From Alphaproteobacteria bacterium (GTDB taxonomy: Bacteria > Pseudomonadota > Alphaproteobacteria > UBA828), in contig CBDCQT010000010.1 of NCBI GenBank assembly GCA_965220745.1, positions 672,001-736,000 of the forward strand: 64,000 bases of DNA. Reading direction: 5' to 3'. Under the pieces are notes generated by a model. That model was not told the DNA's origin and ran no database searches. It saw only the letters and a list, made by a program, of their open reading frames with translations. Made by a program: the position numbers and the translations under genes. This document shows positions 32,148-40,249 of this stretch, piece by piece (positions within the stretch are counted from its first letter, which is position 1; every line of letters begins with the position of its first letter).

Positions 32148-32977
32148 AGCGGAAGATTGGCAGGGCGTTCGCCTATCTCGTGCTGATCATGCTCGGGCTC
32201 GCCGGCATCGCGCCCATCGTCTATCTCGGGGTTCTCTCCACCAAGAAGCGCATCGAGATTCTGGCGCAAGTGCCGCCGACCCTCGACTTCAAGTGGGCCC
32301 GAATCACGAAGAACTACAACGAAGTGCTGTTCAGCCAGGGCATGCTGGAGTTCACCGTCAACTCGATCATCGTGGTGGGGGCCACCACGGTGCTGGTGCT
32401 CGTGATCGCGACGCCTGCGGCCTACGCCTTCTCGCGCTTCCGCTTTCGCGGCAACGAGAACCTCGCGTTCACCATCCTGAGCATGCGCTTCATGCCGCCG
32501 GTCGCGATCGCGATTCCGCTCTTCCTGATGATGCAGTGGGTGGGCACGCACGACAGCTACTTGGGGCTGATCCTGCCCTACATCGCGTTCTCCCTGCCGC
32601 TCGTGGTCTGGATCATGATCGGGTTCTTCGACGAGATCCCGCAGGAGATCGACGACGCCGCGATCATGGACGGCTGCACCCGCTTCGAGGTGCTGTGGCG
32701 CGTGATGCTGCCCATGGTGCGGCCCGGGCTGGTGACCGCGTCGCTGTTCGGCGCGATCTTCATCTGGAACGAGTTTCTGGTGGCGCTCTACGTCATCGAC
32801 TCGCGGGAGTTCCAGACGATCGCGCTGGGCGCCGCCACGCTCGTCAGCGCGCAACGACCCATCGACTGGAACATCGCCGCAGCCGTGGGCGTGGTGACGG
32901 TGGTGCCGATCCTGATCTTCTCGCTCTTCGTGCAGCGCTATATCGTGCGCGGACTGACCGCAGGAGCCGTAAAATGA
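32144..32977 (+). CDS. Carbohydrate ABC transporter permease
   Basis: DAAIMDG, WNEFL, VQRYIVRGLTAGAVK; ATGA overlap. Confidence 0.93.
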   Translation: MKRKIGRAFAYLVLIMLGLAGIAPIVYLGVLSTKKRIEILAQVPPTLDFKWARITKNYNEVLFSQGMLEFTVNSIIVVGATTVLVLVIATPAAYAFSRFRFRGNENLAFTILSMRFMPPVAIAIPLFLMMQWVGTHDSYLGLILPYIAFSLPLVVWIMIGFFDEIPQEIDDAAIMDGCTRFEVLWRVMLPMVRPGLVTASLFGAIFIWNEFLVALYVIDSREFQTIALGAATLVSAQRPIDWNIAAAVGVVTVVPILIFSLFVQRYIVRGLTAGAVK

Positions 32978-33876
32978 ACAGTGGAGAAGCACCCGTACTC
33001 GTGGCCTCCGGCCTCGGCTGGCCGGAAGGGCCGACCGTGAGGCCCGATGGCAGCGTCGTCTTCGTCGAGAGCTACCGGAGCCAGCTCACGGTGGTCGACA
33101 CGGGCGGCGAGATGCGCCGCTTCGCTTACACCGCGGGCGCGCCAAACGCCTGCGTGCTCGGCGGCGACGGCGCGCTCTACGTCTGCCAGAACGGCGGCAC
33201 CGTCGGCCCGTGGCGGGCGGCGGAGATGACCACGCCCTCGATCCAGCGCGTGCACGAGGGCGGCGCGGCCGAGACCCTGGTCACGGAGATTGCGGGCATT
33301 TCGCTGAACGGCCCCAACGACCTGGTCTTCCACGCCGACGGGCGGTTGATCTTCACCGATCCCGGCACCTACAACCCGGACGATCCGAACCCGAGCTACA
33401 TCTTCGCCATCGCGCCGGATGGCAGCACCAGCCTCCTCGTCGACTTTCCCGAACCCGTCTTCCCCAACGGGGTCGCCGTCGAGGCCGACGGCTCCGTCGT
33501 GTGGGACGAATCCTACACCGGCCATGTCGGCCGCCTGCGCCCCGACGGCACTATCGAAGACCTCGGCCGCATGCCGGGCGACAACCCCATCCTGGACGGC
33601 ATGACCGTCGGTGCCGACGGCCGGCTCTACGTGACCGACCTCTCCGCCGGCGGCATGCACGTGCTGAATCCCGACGGCACGATCGACGGGTTCATTGCCT
33701 GTGGCGGTGCGCCCACGAACTGCGTCTTCGACGGCGAGACCATGTGGGTGACCGACGCCGGGGCCCTGGTCGTGACCGAGGAGCCCAACTCCAATGGCCA
33801 GCTCTGGCGCCTGCGCGTGCCCGGCGGCGGCGGACCGACTCATCGAGGCACGATCCGCATGGGTGCAGCGCAATGA
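32974..33876 (+). CDS. SMP-30/gluconolactonase family protein
   Basis: WPEGP, GPNDL, FPNG, DGM; ATGA overlap. Confidence 0.9.
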   Translation: MNSGEAPVLVASGLGWPEGPTVRPDGSVVFVESYRSQLTVVDTGGEMRRFAYTAGAPNACVLGGDGALYVCQNGGTVGPWRAAEMTTPSIQRVHEGGAAETLVTEIAGISLNGPNDLVFHADGRLIFTDPGTYNPDDPNPSYIFAIAPDGSTSLLVDFPEPVFPNGVAVEADGSVVWDESYTGHVGRLRPDGTIEDLGRMPGDNPILDGMTVGADGRLYVTDLSAGGMHVLNPDGTIDGFIACGGAPTNCVFDGETMWVTDAGALVVTEEPNSNGQLWRLRVPGGGGPTHRGTIRMGAAQ

Positions 33877-34700
33877 CGGAAAGAACCGCCCATCCCGGCC
33901 TGGTCCACGACGGCAGGACCGCGTTCGTCACCGGCGGGGGCTCGGGCATCGGCCTCGAGACCGCCCTCACCCTCGCCGACCTCGGCGCCGACGTCGCCGT
34001 GCTCGACTGGACTCCCGGTGCGGCCGCCGCAGCCGCCGAACGCATCGAGGGGATCGGCCGCCGCGCGCTCGCCATCGAGGGCGACACCGGCGACGAGCAA
34101 ACCGTCGTCGATGCCTTCGCGGAGACGCGGCGCGCGCTGGGCGAGATCGACGCAGCCGTCGCCTGTGCTGGCGTGCTGGGCGAGGGCGGCCCGGTGTTCG
34201 AGACCCCGGTCGAGGACTTCGAGCAGGTCATGGGCGTCAATGTGCGGGGCTCCTTCCTCGTGACGCGCGAGGCCGCGCGCCACATGCGCCCCCGCCGCCA
34301 AGGCGCGATCGTGCTGCTCTCCAGCCTCGACGGGCTGCAGGCCGAGCACGGCATGTTCTCCTACTGCACGTCCAAGGGCGCGCTGCTGAACCTGGCACGA
34401 GCCGCCGCGCTCGATCTGGCGCGGGACGGCATCACGGTCAACTGCGTCTGCCCGAGCGTCACCTTCACCCCGTTGCTTGAGGGCCGGCTTGCGACGATCC
34501 CCAACGGCGACGAGGTGCTCCGTTCCTATGCCGAGCGTCACCCGCTCGGGCGCGTGCTGACGTCCCGCGATATCGCGTCGGCCATTGCCTACGTCGCCTC
34601 TCCGCTTGCGACCGGGATCACCGGCGCCGCCATTCCGGTCGACGCCGGCATCGGCGCCACCTGGGATAACTTTCGCGACCCGCCCTGGGTCGGCCGGTGA
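33873..34700 (+). CDS. SDR family oxidoreductase
   Basis: TGGGSGIG, YCTSK, NCVCP; ATGA overlap. Confidence 0.92.
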   Translation: MTERTAHPGLVHDGRTAFVTGGGSGIGLETALTLADLGADVAVLDWTPGAAAAAAERIEGIGRRALAIEGDTGDEQTVVDAFAETRRALGEIDAAVACAGVLGEGGPVFETPVEDFEQVMGVNVRGSFLVTREAARHMRPRRQGAIVLLSSLDGLQAEHGMFSYCTSKGALLNLARAAALDLARDGITVNCVCPSVTFTPLLEGRLATIPNGDEVLRSYAERHPLGRVLTSRDIASAIAYVASPLATGITGAAIPVDAGIGATWDNFRDPPWVGR

Positions 34701-36112
34701 GGCACGCGAGGCCGGGCCCGCGCAGCAGCCTGGGATACCGACTGCCTACCATTCGCAGCCTCGTCATCGCGTTCGGCATCGTCCTGATGCTGACGGCGAC
34801 CGCCATTCACTCGCGGGCGGAGATCACCGACCGCGCCATCACCCGGGCGTTCCTGACCCTGCTCGTAGGCGATGCGGGCGACACGGCGCGCGCTACGGAG
34901 CTGATCGAGACGCACTGGGAGCCGTCGTTCCTGCCGATGGCTCTCGAGGTGATCCGCCTGACCCGCAGCGCGGAGGTCTCCGCCGCCCTGGTAAGGATCA
35001 TGGAACGCGAGTCCGGCGCCGGGCTCGACCGCGACCTCGACGCTTGGCAACGCGCGATGTGGAACGCGCCCGAGGCGCGGCACCCGCGCTATGCCGCCTT
35101 CAAGAGCGCGCTCTACAGCCTCATCGACCCGCGATTCTCGGCGTACTTCGACACGGCCGGTGAGGCGCTCATCCGGCTCGACGAGATCGTCTGGGGCGGC
35201 GTGCGGCAGGATGGCATCCCGCCGCTTCGCGACCCGGCGATGCTGGCCGCGGCGGACGCCAGCTATCTCGAAGACGACCACATCGTGTTCGGCATCTCCG
35301 TCAACGGCGACGCCCGCGCCTATCCGAAGCGCATCCTCGCCTGGCACGAGATGTTCGTCGACACCGTCGGCGGCGTGCCGGTCGCAGGCGTGTACTGCAC
35401 GCTCTGCGGCACCGTGATCCTCTATCGCACCGAGCACGACGGCGTGCATCACCGGCTCGGCACGAGCGGCTTCCTCTACCGCTCGAACAAGCTCATGTAC
35501 GACCAGGCCACCCAGTCGCTGTGGAGCACGATGCGGGGCACGCCGGTGGTCGGGCCGCTTGTCGGCAAGGGTATTGTGCTGGAGCGCGGGAGCGTGGTGA
35601 CGACCACCTGGGGCGAGTGGCGCAGGCGGCACCCCGGAACCTGGGTGCTCTCGCTCGATACCGGCCACCGGCGCGACTACGCCGAGGGGGCAGCCTACCG
35701 CGACTACTTCGCAACCGACGCGCTGATGTTCCAGGTCCCGGTCCTCGACACCCGGCTGAAGAACAAGGACGAGGTGTTCACTGTGCTGCTCGCCGGCCAC
35801 CCCGAGGCGCCGCTCGCCATAGCGGCCGCGTTCCTCGCCGCAAACCCCGTCCATCACGATGCGATCGAACGCACGGCGCTCGTGGTGCTCACCGATCCGT
35901 CGGGCGCGAACCGCGCCTACGCGAGTGAAGACGTGACGTTCACCCGGTACGACGGCGACCGCAGCGTCGAGGACGGATCCGGCATGATCTGGACCATGGA
36001 CGAGCACGCGCTCACCGCCGAGGACGGGCGTGTGCTCCGCCGTGTCCCGGCGCAGCGGGCGTTCTGGTTCGGCTGGTACGCCGCGTTCCCGAACACCCGG
36101 CTGGTGCGGTAG
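34697..36112 (+). CDS. DUF3179 family protein
   Basis: GGVRQDGIPPL, RAYP..L.WHE, YCTLC, SGFLYRSNKLMYD..T.SLW, FWFGW. Confidence 0.85.
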   Translation: MRHARPGPRSSLGYRLPTIRSLVIAFGIVLMLTATAIHSRAEITDRAITRAFLTLLVGDAGDTARATELIETHWEPSFLPMALEVIRLTRSAEVSAALVRIMERESGAGLDRDLDAWQRAMWNAPEARHPRYAAFKSALYSLIDPRFSAYFDTAGEALIRLDEIVWGGVRQDGIPPLRDPAMLAAADASYLEDDHIVFGISVNGDARAYPKRILAWHEMFVDTVGGVPVAGVYCTLCGTVILYRTEHDGVHHRLGTSGFLYRSNKLMYDQATQSLWSTMRGTPVVGPLVGKGIVLERGSVVTTTWGEWRRRHPGTWVLSLDTGHRRDYAEGAAYRDYFATDALMFQVPVLDTRLKNKDEVFTVLLAGHPEAPLAIAAAFLAANPVHHDAIERTALVVLTDPSGANRAYASEDVTFTRYDGDRSVEDGSGMIWTMDEHALTAEDGRVLRRVPAQRAFWFGWYAAFPNTRLVR

Positions 36113-36138
36113 CGTGCCGGAGGCTGGCGCGCGCGGGA

Positions 36139-36915
36139 TCAGCGATCCGAGGCTCGCATCAGCCACGCGAGGCACTGCTGCCACAGGCGGCCATAGCCCT
36201 CCCACGAGACGAAGCCGGGCGGGCACCAGTGCGGGCCGATGTCCGAGGTCCAGGCGATGGCGCGGCCCTTGCCGTAGGCGCCCGTCGCCAGCAGGGGATG
36301 CCCGCCCGCGTCGTCCGGGACCTTCAGCAGAAGCTCCGCCTCCTCCTTCAGCGCGACCTCGTTGTAGCCCAGCAGCATCGGCCACTCGGTGCCGAGGCCC
36401 GCGAGGATCGGATGAGCATCCGGCTCCTGGACCTCCGCTCGGAACCCTTCGGGCACTTCGACGCGATCGTCCCAGGGCAGGATCGTCACGGGCAGCACCT
36501 CCTCGACCGGCGTTCCCCGGTAGCGGGCGCCCGCGTTGATGCCCTGGAAGCTGTAATAGCCGCCGACCATCATCAGGCCACGGCCCTCGCCCACGTAGTC
36601 GCGAATGAGCTTGAGCCGGTTCGGCGTCGGCTTGCTCTCGATCCACGTATCGGGATGCAGGAGCAAGGTGTTGGCGCCGATGTCGCTGAGAATGACGGCG
36701 TCGTATTCCCGGAGCCCGGCGAGCGTCGTGGGAAAGTGCGTCTGCGCCTCGTGAGCCGGCATGTAGGTGAGCGCGAAATCGCTGTCCGCCAGCGCCTCGG
36801 CCAGCGCGTCGGCGCCGCGATGAAAGGTGACCGTGGGGAACTGGTCGAAGCCCTTGATGTGCGTCGCGGTCGTTACCCACGATTCGCCCGCCAACAGTAT
36901 CTTCGAACGGCCCAT
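36139..36915 (-). CDS. Class I glutamine amidotransferase-like protein (DUF1355 type)
   Basis: LLAGESW, SDIGANTLLLHP, GGYYSFQG, WTSDIGPHW. Confidence 0.85.
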   Translation of the reverse strand: MGRSKILLAGESWVTTATHIKGFDQFPTVTFHRGADALAEALADSDFALTYMPAHEAQTHFPTTLAGLREYDAVILSDIGANTLLLHPDTWIESKPTPNRLKLIRDYVGEGRGLMMVGGYYSFQGINAGARYRGTPVEEVLPVTILPWDDRVEVPEGFRAEVQEPDAHPILAGLGTEWPMLLGYNEVALKEEAELLLKVPDDAGGHPLLATGAYGKGRAIAWTSDIGPHWCPPGFVSWEGYGRLWQQCLAWLMRASDR

Positions 36916-37066
36916 GCCGGTCTCCTCGCCTGCTCTTCATCGCTCCGCCCAGGCCGGCACTCGCCGCCGGCCCGGCCCGAATGCTAGACGATGGCCGAGT
37001 CCGCCTCCAGCCGCCCACCCGAGACAGGCGAAGAATCCCGGCAAGTCTCGGAAGAGGGTTTAAGGC

Positions 37067-37146
37067 GGCCTATTCCGGCCCATTCCGGCCCAAAGCGGCC
37101 CAAGGTGGCCCAAGGTGGTCCAGGCAAGCGGCCCAAGGTGGCTCAT
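37067..37146. repeat. 10-bp-phased GGCC-N6 tandem array
   Basis: GGCCTATTCC GGCCCATTCC GGCCCAAAGC GGCCCAAGGT GGCCCAAGGT GGTCCAGGCAAGC GGCCCAAGGT GGCTCAT; also in copies A and B. Confidence 0.9.
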
Positions 37147-37742
37147 GGCGGACCGGAGCGGCGCATGGGATGGGAGTCGATATCGAGCCGGTGCGCGCCT
37201 TCGTCGTGTGTCTCCGGGGTCCATTCGCGCCAGTCGCCCTCGACCTCGGCACGGATGATGGCGACGGCCTCCGGCGACAGCCCGCCGCCGCCCTTCGGCG
37301 TCTTGTTTCGCCCGCCGTCCATGCGAGCAACGGCGCTCTCGCGCGCCGCATCGCTCTTGCCGGCGCCTTCGATGCGGTGCATGACGAGCGCGAGCGGGGC
37401 AATCTGGTCGGCGGTGGGCGGTTCCTCTTCGCGGTCGAGGGCGATGGCGGCGCGCAGGGCGAGAGACCGGAGCGTCTCGAGCGCGAGCCGCCCGGTTCCG
37501 CCCTCGGGCCGCTCGCCTTGCGACTTGAGCCAGAAATCGGTGAGCCCCTTGTCCTCGCTCCAGCGTCGCAGCCTCTCGCGCGCCCTCTTGGCGTAGCGGA
37601 CGACGGCCGAACGCGAGCAGGAGCCGCCGTGCGCGCGGATGAGCCGGACGATCTCGTCGATGGTGGCGCCCTCGGCGATCGCCTCGTGCACCAGCGCCTG
37701 AATCGGCCGCGGCAAGCGCTCGATGGAGGAACGCCCGGCCAT
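37143..37742 (-). CDS. DUF3486 / phage Mu gp27-like protein (putative small-terminase-like DNA-binding protein), 199 aa
   Basis: N-terminal GRSSIERLP...ATIDEIV..IRAHG...SRSAVVRY HTH pattern and GLSPEAVAIIRAEV near the C-terminus; GGAGG RBS before ATG 37742. Confidence 0.75.
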   Translation of the reverse strand: MAGRSSIERLPRPIQALVHEAIAEGATIDEIVRLIRAHGGSCSRSAVVRYAKRARERLRRWSEDKGLTDFWLKSQGERPEGGTGRLALETLRSLALRAAIALDREEEPPTADQIAPLALVMHRIEGAGKSDAARESAVARMDGGRNKTPKGGGGLSPEAVAIIRAEVEGDWREWTPETHDEGAHRLDIDSHPMRRSGPP

Positions 37743-37893
37743 CAGCCGGGCCTCCGGGGCGGTCCCAGCCCGGATGTTTCGACAAGGTGATGGTCTGCGC
37801 ATTGCATCCGCACAGCCTGCCTCCCCCCGCCCGCCCCGTGCACCGCACCATGGTCCGGTGTCCCCCACGCTCGGCCCCGGCCCATCCCCCACA

Positions 37894-37924
37894 TCGTCAT
37901 GCCCGGACTTGATCCGGGCATCCA
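37894..37924 (+). repeat. CGTC-type REP palindrome, left arm
   Basis: TCGTCATGCCCGGACTTGATCCGGGCATCCA; exact reverse complement at 38252-38282. Confidence 0.92.
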
Positions 37925-37938
37925 TATTCGCCGCAGGC

Positions 37939-38232
37939 TCACGGCAAAGTTTCGTAGAGGTCGTCCCAATCGGGGTTGTGCGCGACGATGAGATCGACCT
38001 TCCAGGCGCGCGACCAGTGCTTCATGGTCCGTTCCCGCTGGATGGCTGCGGCTATTTCGTCGTGCCGCTCCGCGTAGACGAGCCGCGTCAGGCCGTACCG
38101 CTTCGTGAACCCTTCAACCAAGCCTTCGCGGTGTTCCCACGCCCTGCGCGCAATGTCGCTAGTCACACCGAGATAGAGCGTGCCGTTGGGTCGGTTGGTC
38201 ATGATGTAGACCCAGCCCCCGCCCTCTCTCAT
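37939..38232 (-). CDS. Small GIY-YIG nuclease (YhbQ-like), 97 aa
   Basis: WVYIMTNRPNGTLYLGVT, RAWEHR, FTKRYG, AIQRERTMKHW. Confidence 0.93.
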   Translation of the reverse strand: MREGGGWVYIMTNRPNGTLYLGVTSDIARRAWEHREGLVEGFTKRYGLTRLVYAERHDEIAAAIQRERTMKHWSRAWKVDLIVAHNPDWDDLYETLP

Positions 38233-38251
38233 GCCCCCATGCTGCAATCCG

Positions 38252-38282
38252 TGGATGCCCGGATCAAGTCCGGGCATGACGA
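38252..38282 (-). repeat. CGTC-type REP palindrome, right arm
   Basis: TGGATGCCCGGATCAAGTCCGGGCATGACGA. Confidence 0.92.
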
Positions 38283-38490
38283 GTTGGGGTCAGGGGTGCG
38301 CTTTCACCGCACCGTGGTGCGGAGTCGACTGGGCGTGAGTCGCGCAAACCCGCAGGGTCTTGCGCGCTGCAATGGGAGTCCCGCGCGGGAGAGGGGGCGC
38401 GCCGCCGTGGTCACTCCCTCACGTCTTCATACCCGGACATGCCCGGGCTCGTTCCGGGTATCCGGACATCCCTCTCCACCAACTACTACA

Positions 38491-38568
38491 TCGTCATGCC
38501 CGGATTTATTCCAAGCATCTTACTCCGCGGCACCCACGTGGATGGCCGCAACAAGCACAGCTATGACG
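38491..38568. repeat. Degenerate empty pair of CGTC-type REPs
   Basis: TCGTCATGCCCGGATTTATTCCAAGCATC and TGGATGGCCGCAACAAGCACAGCTATGACG in inverted orientation; another decayed palindrome near 38437-38464. Confidence 0.6.
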
Positions 38569-38586
38569 TAATAGTGATGACGCCGC

Positions 38587-38615
38587 TTGCCGCTTGCTCA
38601 GACCGCGCCTATATC
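38587..38615 (+). promoter_or_regulatory. Sigma70-like promoter
   Basis: TTGCCG-17 nt-TATATC, matching the alphaproteobacterial CTTG..CTATAT pattern. Confidence 0.5.
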
Positions 38616-38642
38616 TCGCCCGAGTCCGAATCGAGGCCCACG

Positions 38643-38672
38643 ATGAAACAAATCGGCGCCTCCAAGGCCTGA
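38643..38672 (+). pseudogene. Possible stub of a Phd/YefM antitoxin
   Basis: GAGG RBS then MKQIGASKA-stop, resembling the MxxIGAxEAK start of Phd-family proteins. Confidence 0.35.
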
Positions 38673-38734
38673 AGGCGCCTGCGGCAGGCGAAATTTATCT
38701 CTGCGCGCACCGCCAAAGTAAAGAGTTTGGACGG

Positions 38735-40108
38735 TCATTCCTCGTCTCTTTCACCTTCGTCCGGAGTGGCCGGAAACTGTACAATCTCTCCCACAGCGTC
38801 CGCTATTGCCGATCTGCAAGCACTCACATAATTTACGTCATCAGGATTTTCTCCTATGTACCGAACAGGCTGAAACATATCCGCCGTTCGAACTAGGATA
38901 TATCCATTTCTTTTTGCTACATTCTGACATTTTTCCGTAAAGGCCTCACTCCGTTTCTCAGGGCTCAACAGTCGATGGCCATTCCCAAACAATATACCCC
39001 GTGCCATTTCGTTGATTTCCTCTCGCTGATAATCTTCGAGTAAATTGCGCTGTAACTGGTCGAGCTTGTCCACATTTATCGCCTTGCTATCTCGACCTTC
39101 GGCTTCACCAATGTACCGCTGTCCTTCAGGCGACGTGATGATACCGTCGAATTCCGAATCTCCTTCGCGAAAACGTGCTGCTCCAAAACCCATCAATCTT
39201 AGCCCATCCAGAATGGCATCCTCCAGAAGTGCGCCTTTTTCGAAGAGTAATCGACGTGGTTCAGCTGCAGACGCCAAATCCGTCTCAAGATTACGCTTGC
39301 TGGTTTGAAGTTGTGTGAGCTTTTCTTGGATACCACTAATCCGCTGTTCAATGTCGCTTTCGGTCGGCAACTTGAATCGATCATCTCTCGTCCAATCTGG
39401 TGGTGGTGTTGCAGAGGAATCTGCGGCCAAGGTGTTCGTGAGAGCTACGATTTCCGACACAAATCTCTTACCTGCTTGCAAACCCTGCTTGGTCCACTCA
39501 TCGTCCTCTTCTTCAAGGTATTCGTCTACGAAAAAATCTACGTCTGGCAGGAACAACACTGCGCCCTCTCTCTCATATTTCTTGATGGCACCTATAATTC
39601 GCCCTCCGACTGCCGACTCCAACAAGATGCCCGAGAAATCTCCAGTAACTTCGACTTGGTATGACGATAAGTGGGAGAACTCATGCCAGTACGAAGCAAT
39701 AATCGAGCCGCTGTTCGCTAGCTTCATCTTCGTTCCTGCAATTGCTGAGTGCGATTCCACATGCGGCAGAGCATCGTAAGAACTAACTTCTTTCGGATAA
39801 ACAGAAAAATTTTGGCTGGTTTCGATTGAAGGCGAATTTAAGAAGACCACGACAAGTTTTCCGTTACTTGCCGCTTGAATTATTTCACTTTTCCAGTGAT
39901 TTTGTTGTCGAGATAAATAGGACATTGTTTCTGCTGAACGATCCGTCTCTCTGTCGAGAATTGATCTGGCACTAGGCAGGTCTAAAGTAGGAGAGAATAG
40001 AACTACATCTGCATCCAATAACGTTTGGTTTGAGCTATAGTCCACTTCGATGATATCGTCTCCCGGCACTATGGTATTTACGGAATAGATTTCCTTTCTT
40101 GCCACCAT
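38735..40108 (-). CDS. AT-rich hypothetical protein with coiled coil and C-terminal restriction-endonuclease-like (PD-(D/E)xK) domain
   Basis: 457 aa ORF with clearly lower GC; LEDAI..LRLMGF, EFDGII, YIGEAEG, KLDQL, GILFGN. Confidence 0.65.
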   Translation of the reverse strand: MVARKEIYSVNTIVPGDDIIEVDYSSNQTLLDADVVLFSPTLDLPSARSILDRETDRSAETMSYLSRQQNHWKSEIIQAASNGKLVVVFLNSPSIETSQNFSVYPKEVSSYDALPHVESHSAIAGTKMKLANSGSIIASYWHEFSHLSSYQVEVTGDFSGILLESAVGGRIIGAIKKYEREGAVLFLPDVDFFVDEYLEEEDDEWTKQGLQAGKRFVSEIVALTNTLAADSSATPPPDWTRDDRFKLPTESDIEQRISGIQEKLTQLQTSKRNLETDLASAAEPRRLLFEKGALLEDAILDGLRLMGFGAARFREGDSEFDGIITSPEGQRYIGEAEGRDSKAINVDKLDQLQRNLLEDYQREEINEMARGILFGNGHRLLSPEKRSEAFTEKCQNVAKRNGYILVRTADMFQPVRYIGENPDDVNYVSACRSAIADAVGEIVQFPATPDEGERDEE

Positions 40109-40249
40109 TCTTTCCTTCTAGTTGACTCCATGAACACGACGCATGACAAACCGAGGTTTGCTCGATGCGCCGTACGCGCGCGAAACTAGACCCGCGCGTT
40201 CGGCCTCATCGGATTTGACGCCGCCAAAGAGGGCTGTCCGCGTGCCCCT

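Larger units (their letters stand above)
37011..37864 (-). mobile_element. DUF3486-element copy C (longest): leader + Mu gp27-like ORF + phased repeat array + conserved tail
   Basis: Both ends recur at 7397-7645 and 23061-23513 in unrelated gene contexts. Confidence 0.8.

Noticed and set aside
34697-36112. Selenoprotein form of DUF3179
   Set aside because: Motif is CTLC with ordinary Cys codons and there is no in-frame TGA.
37143-38232. Prophage
   Set aside because: No terminase large subunit, portal, capsid, tail or transposase genes nearby.
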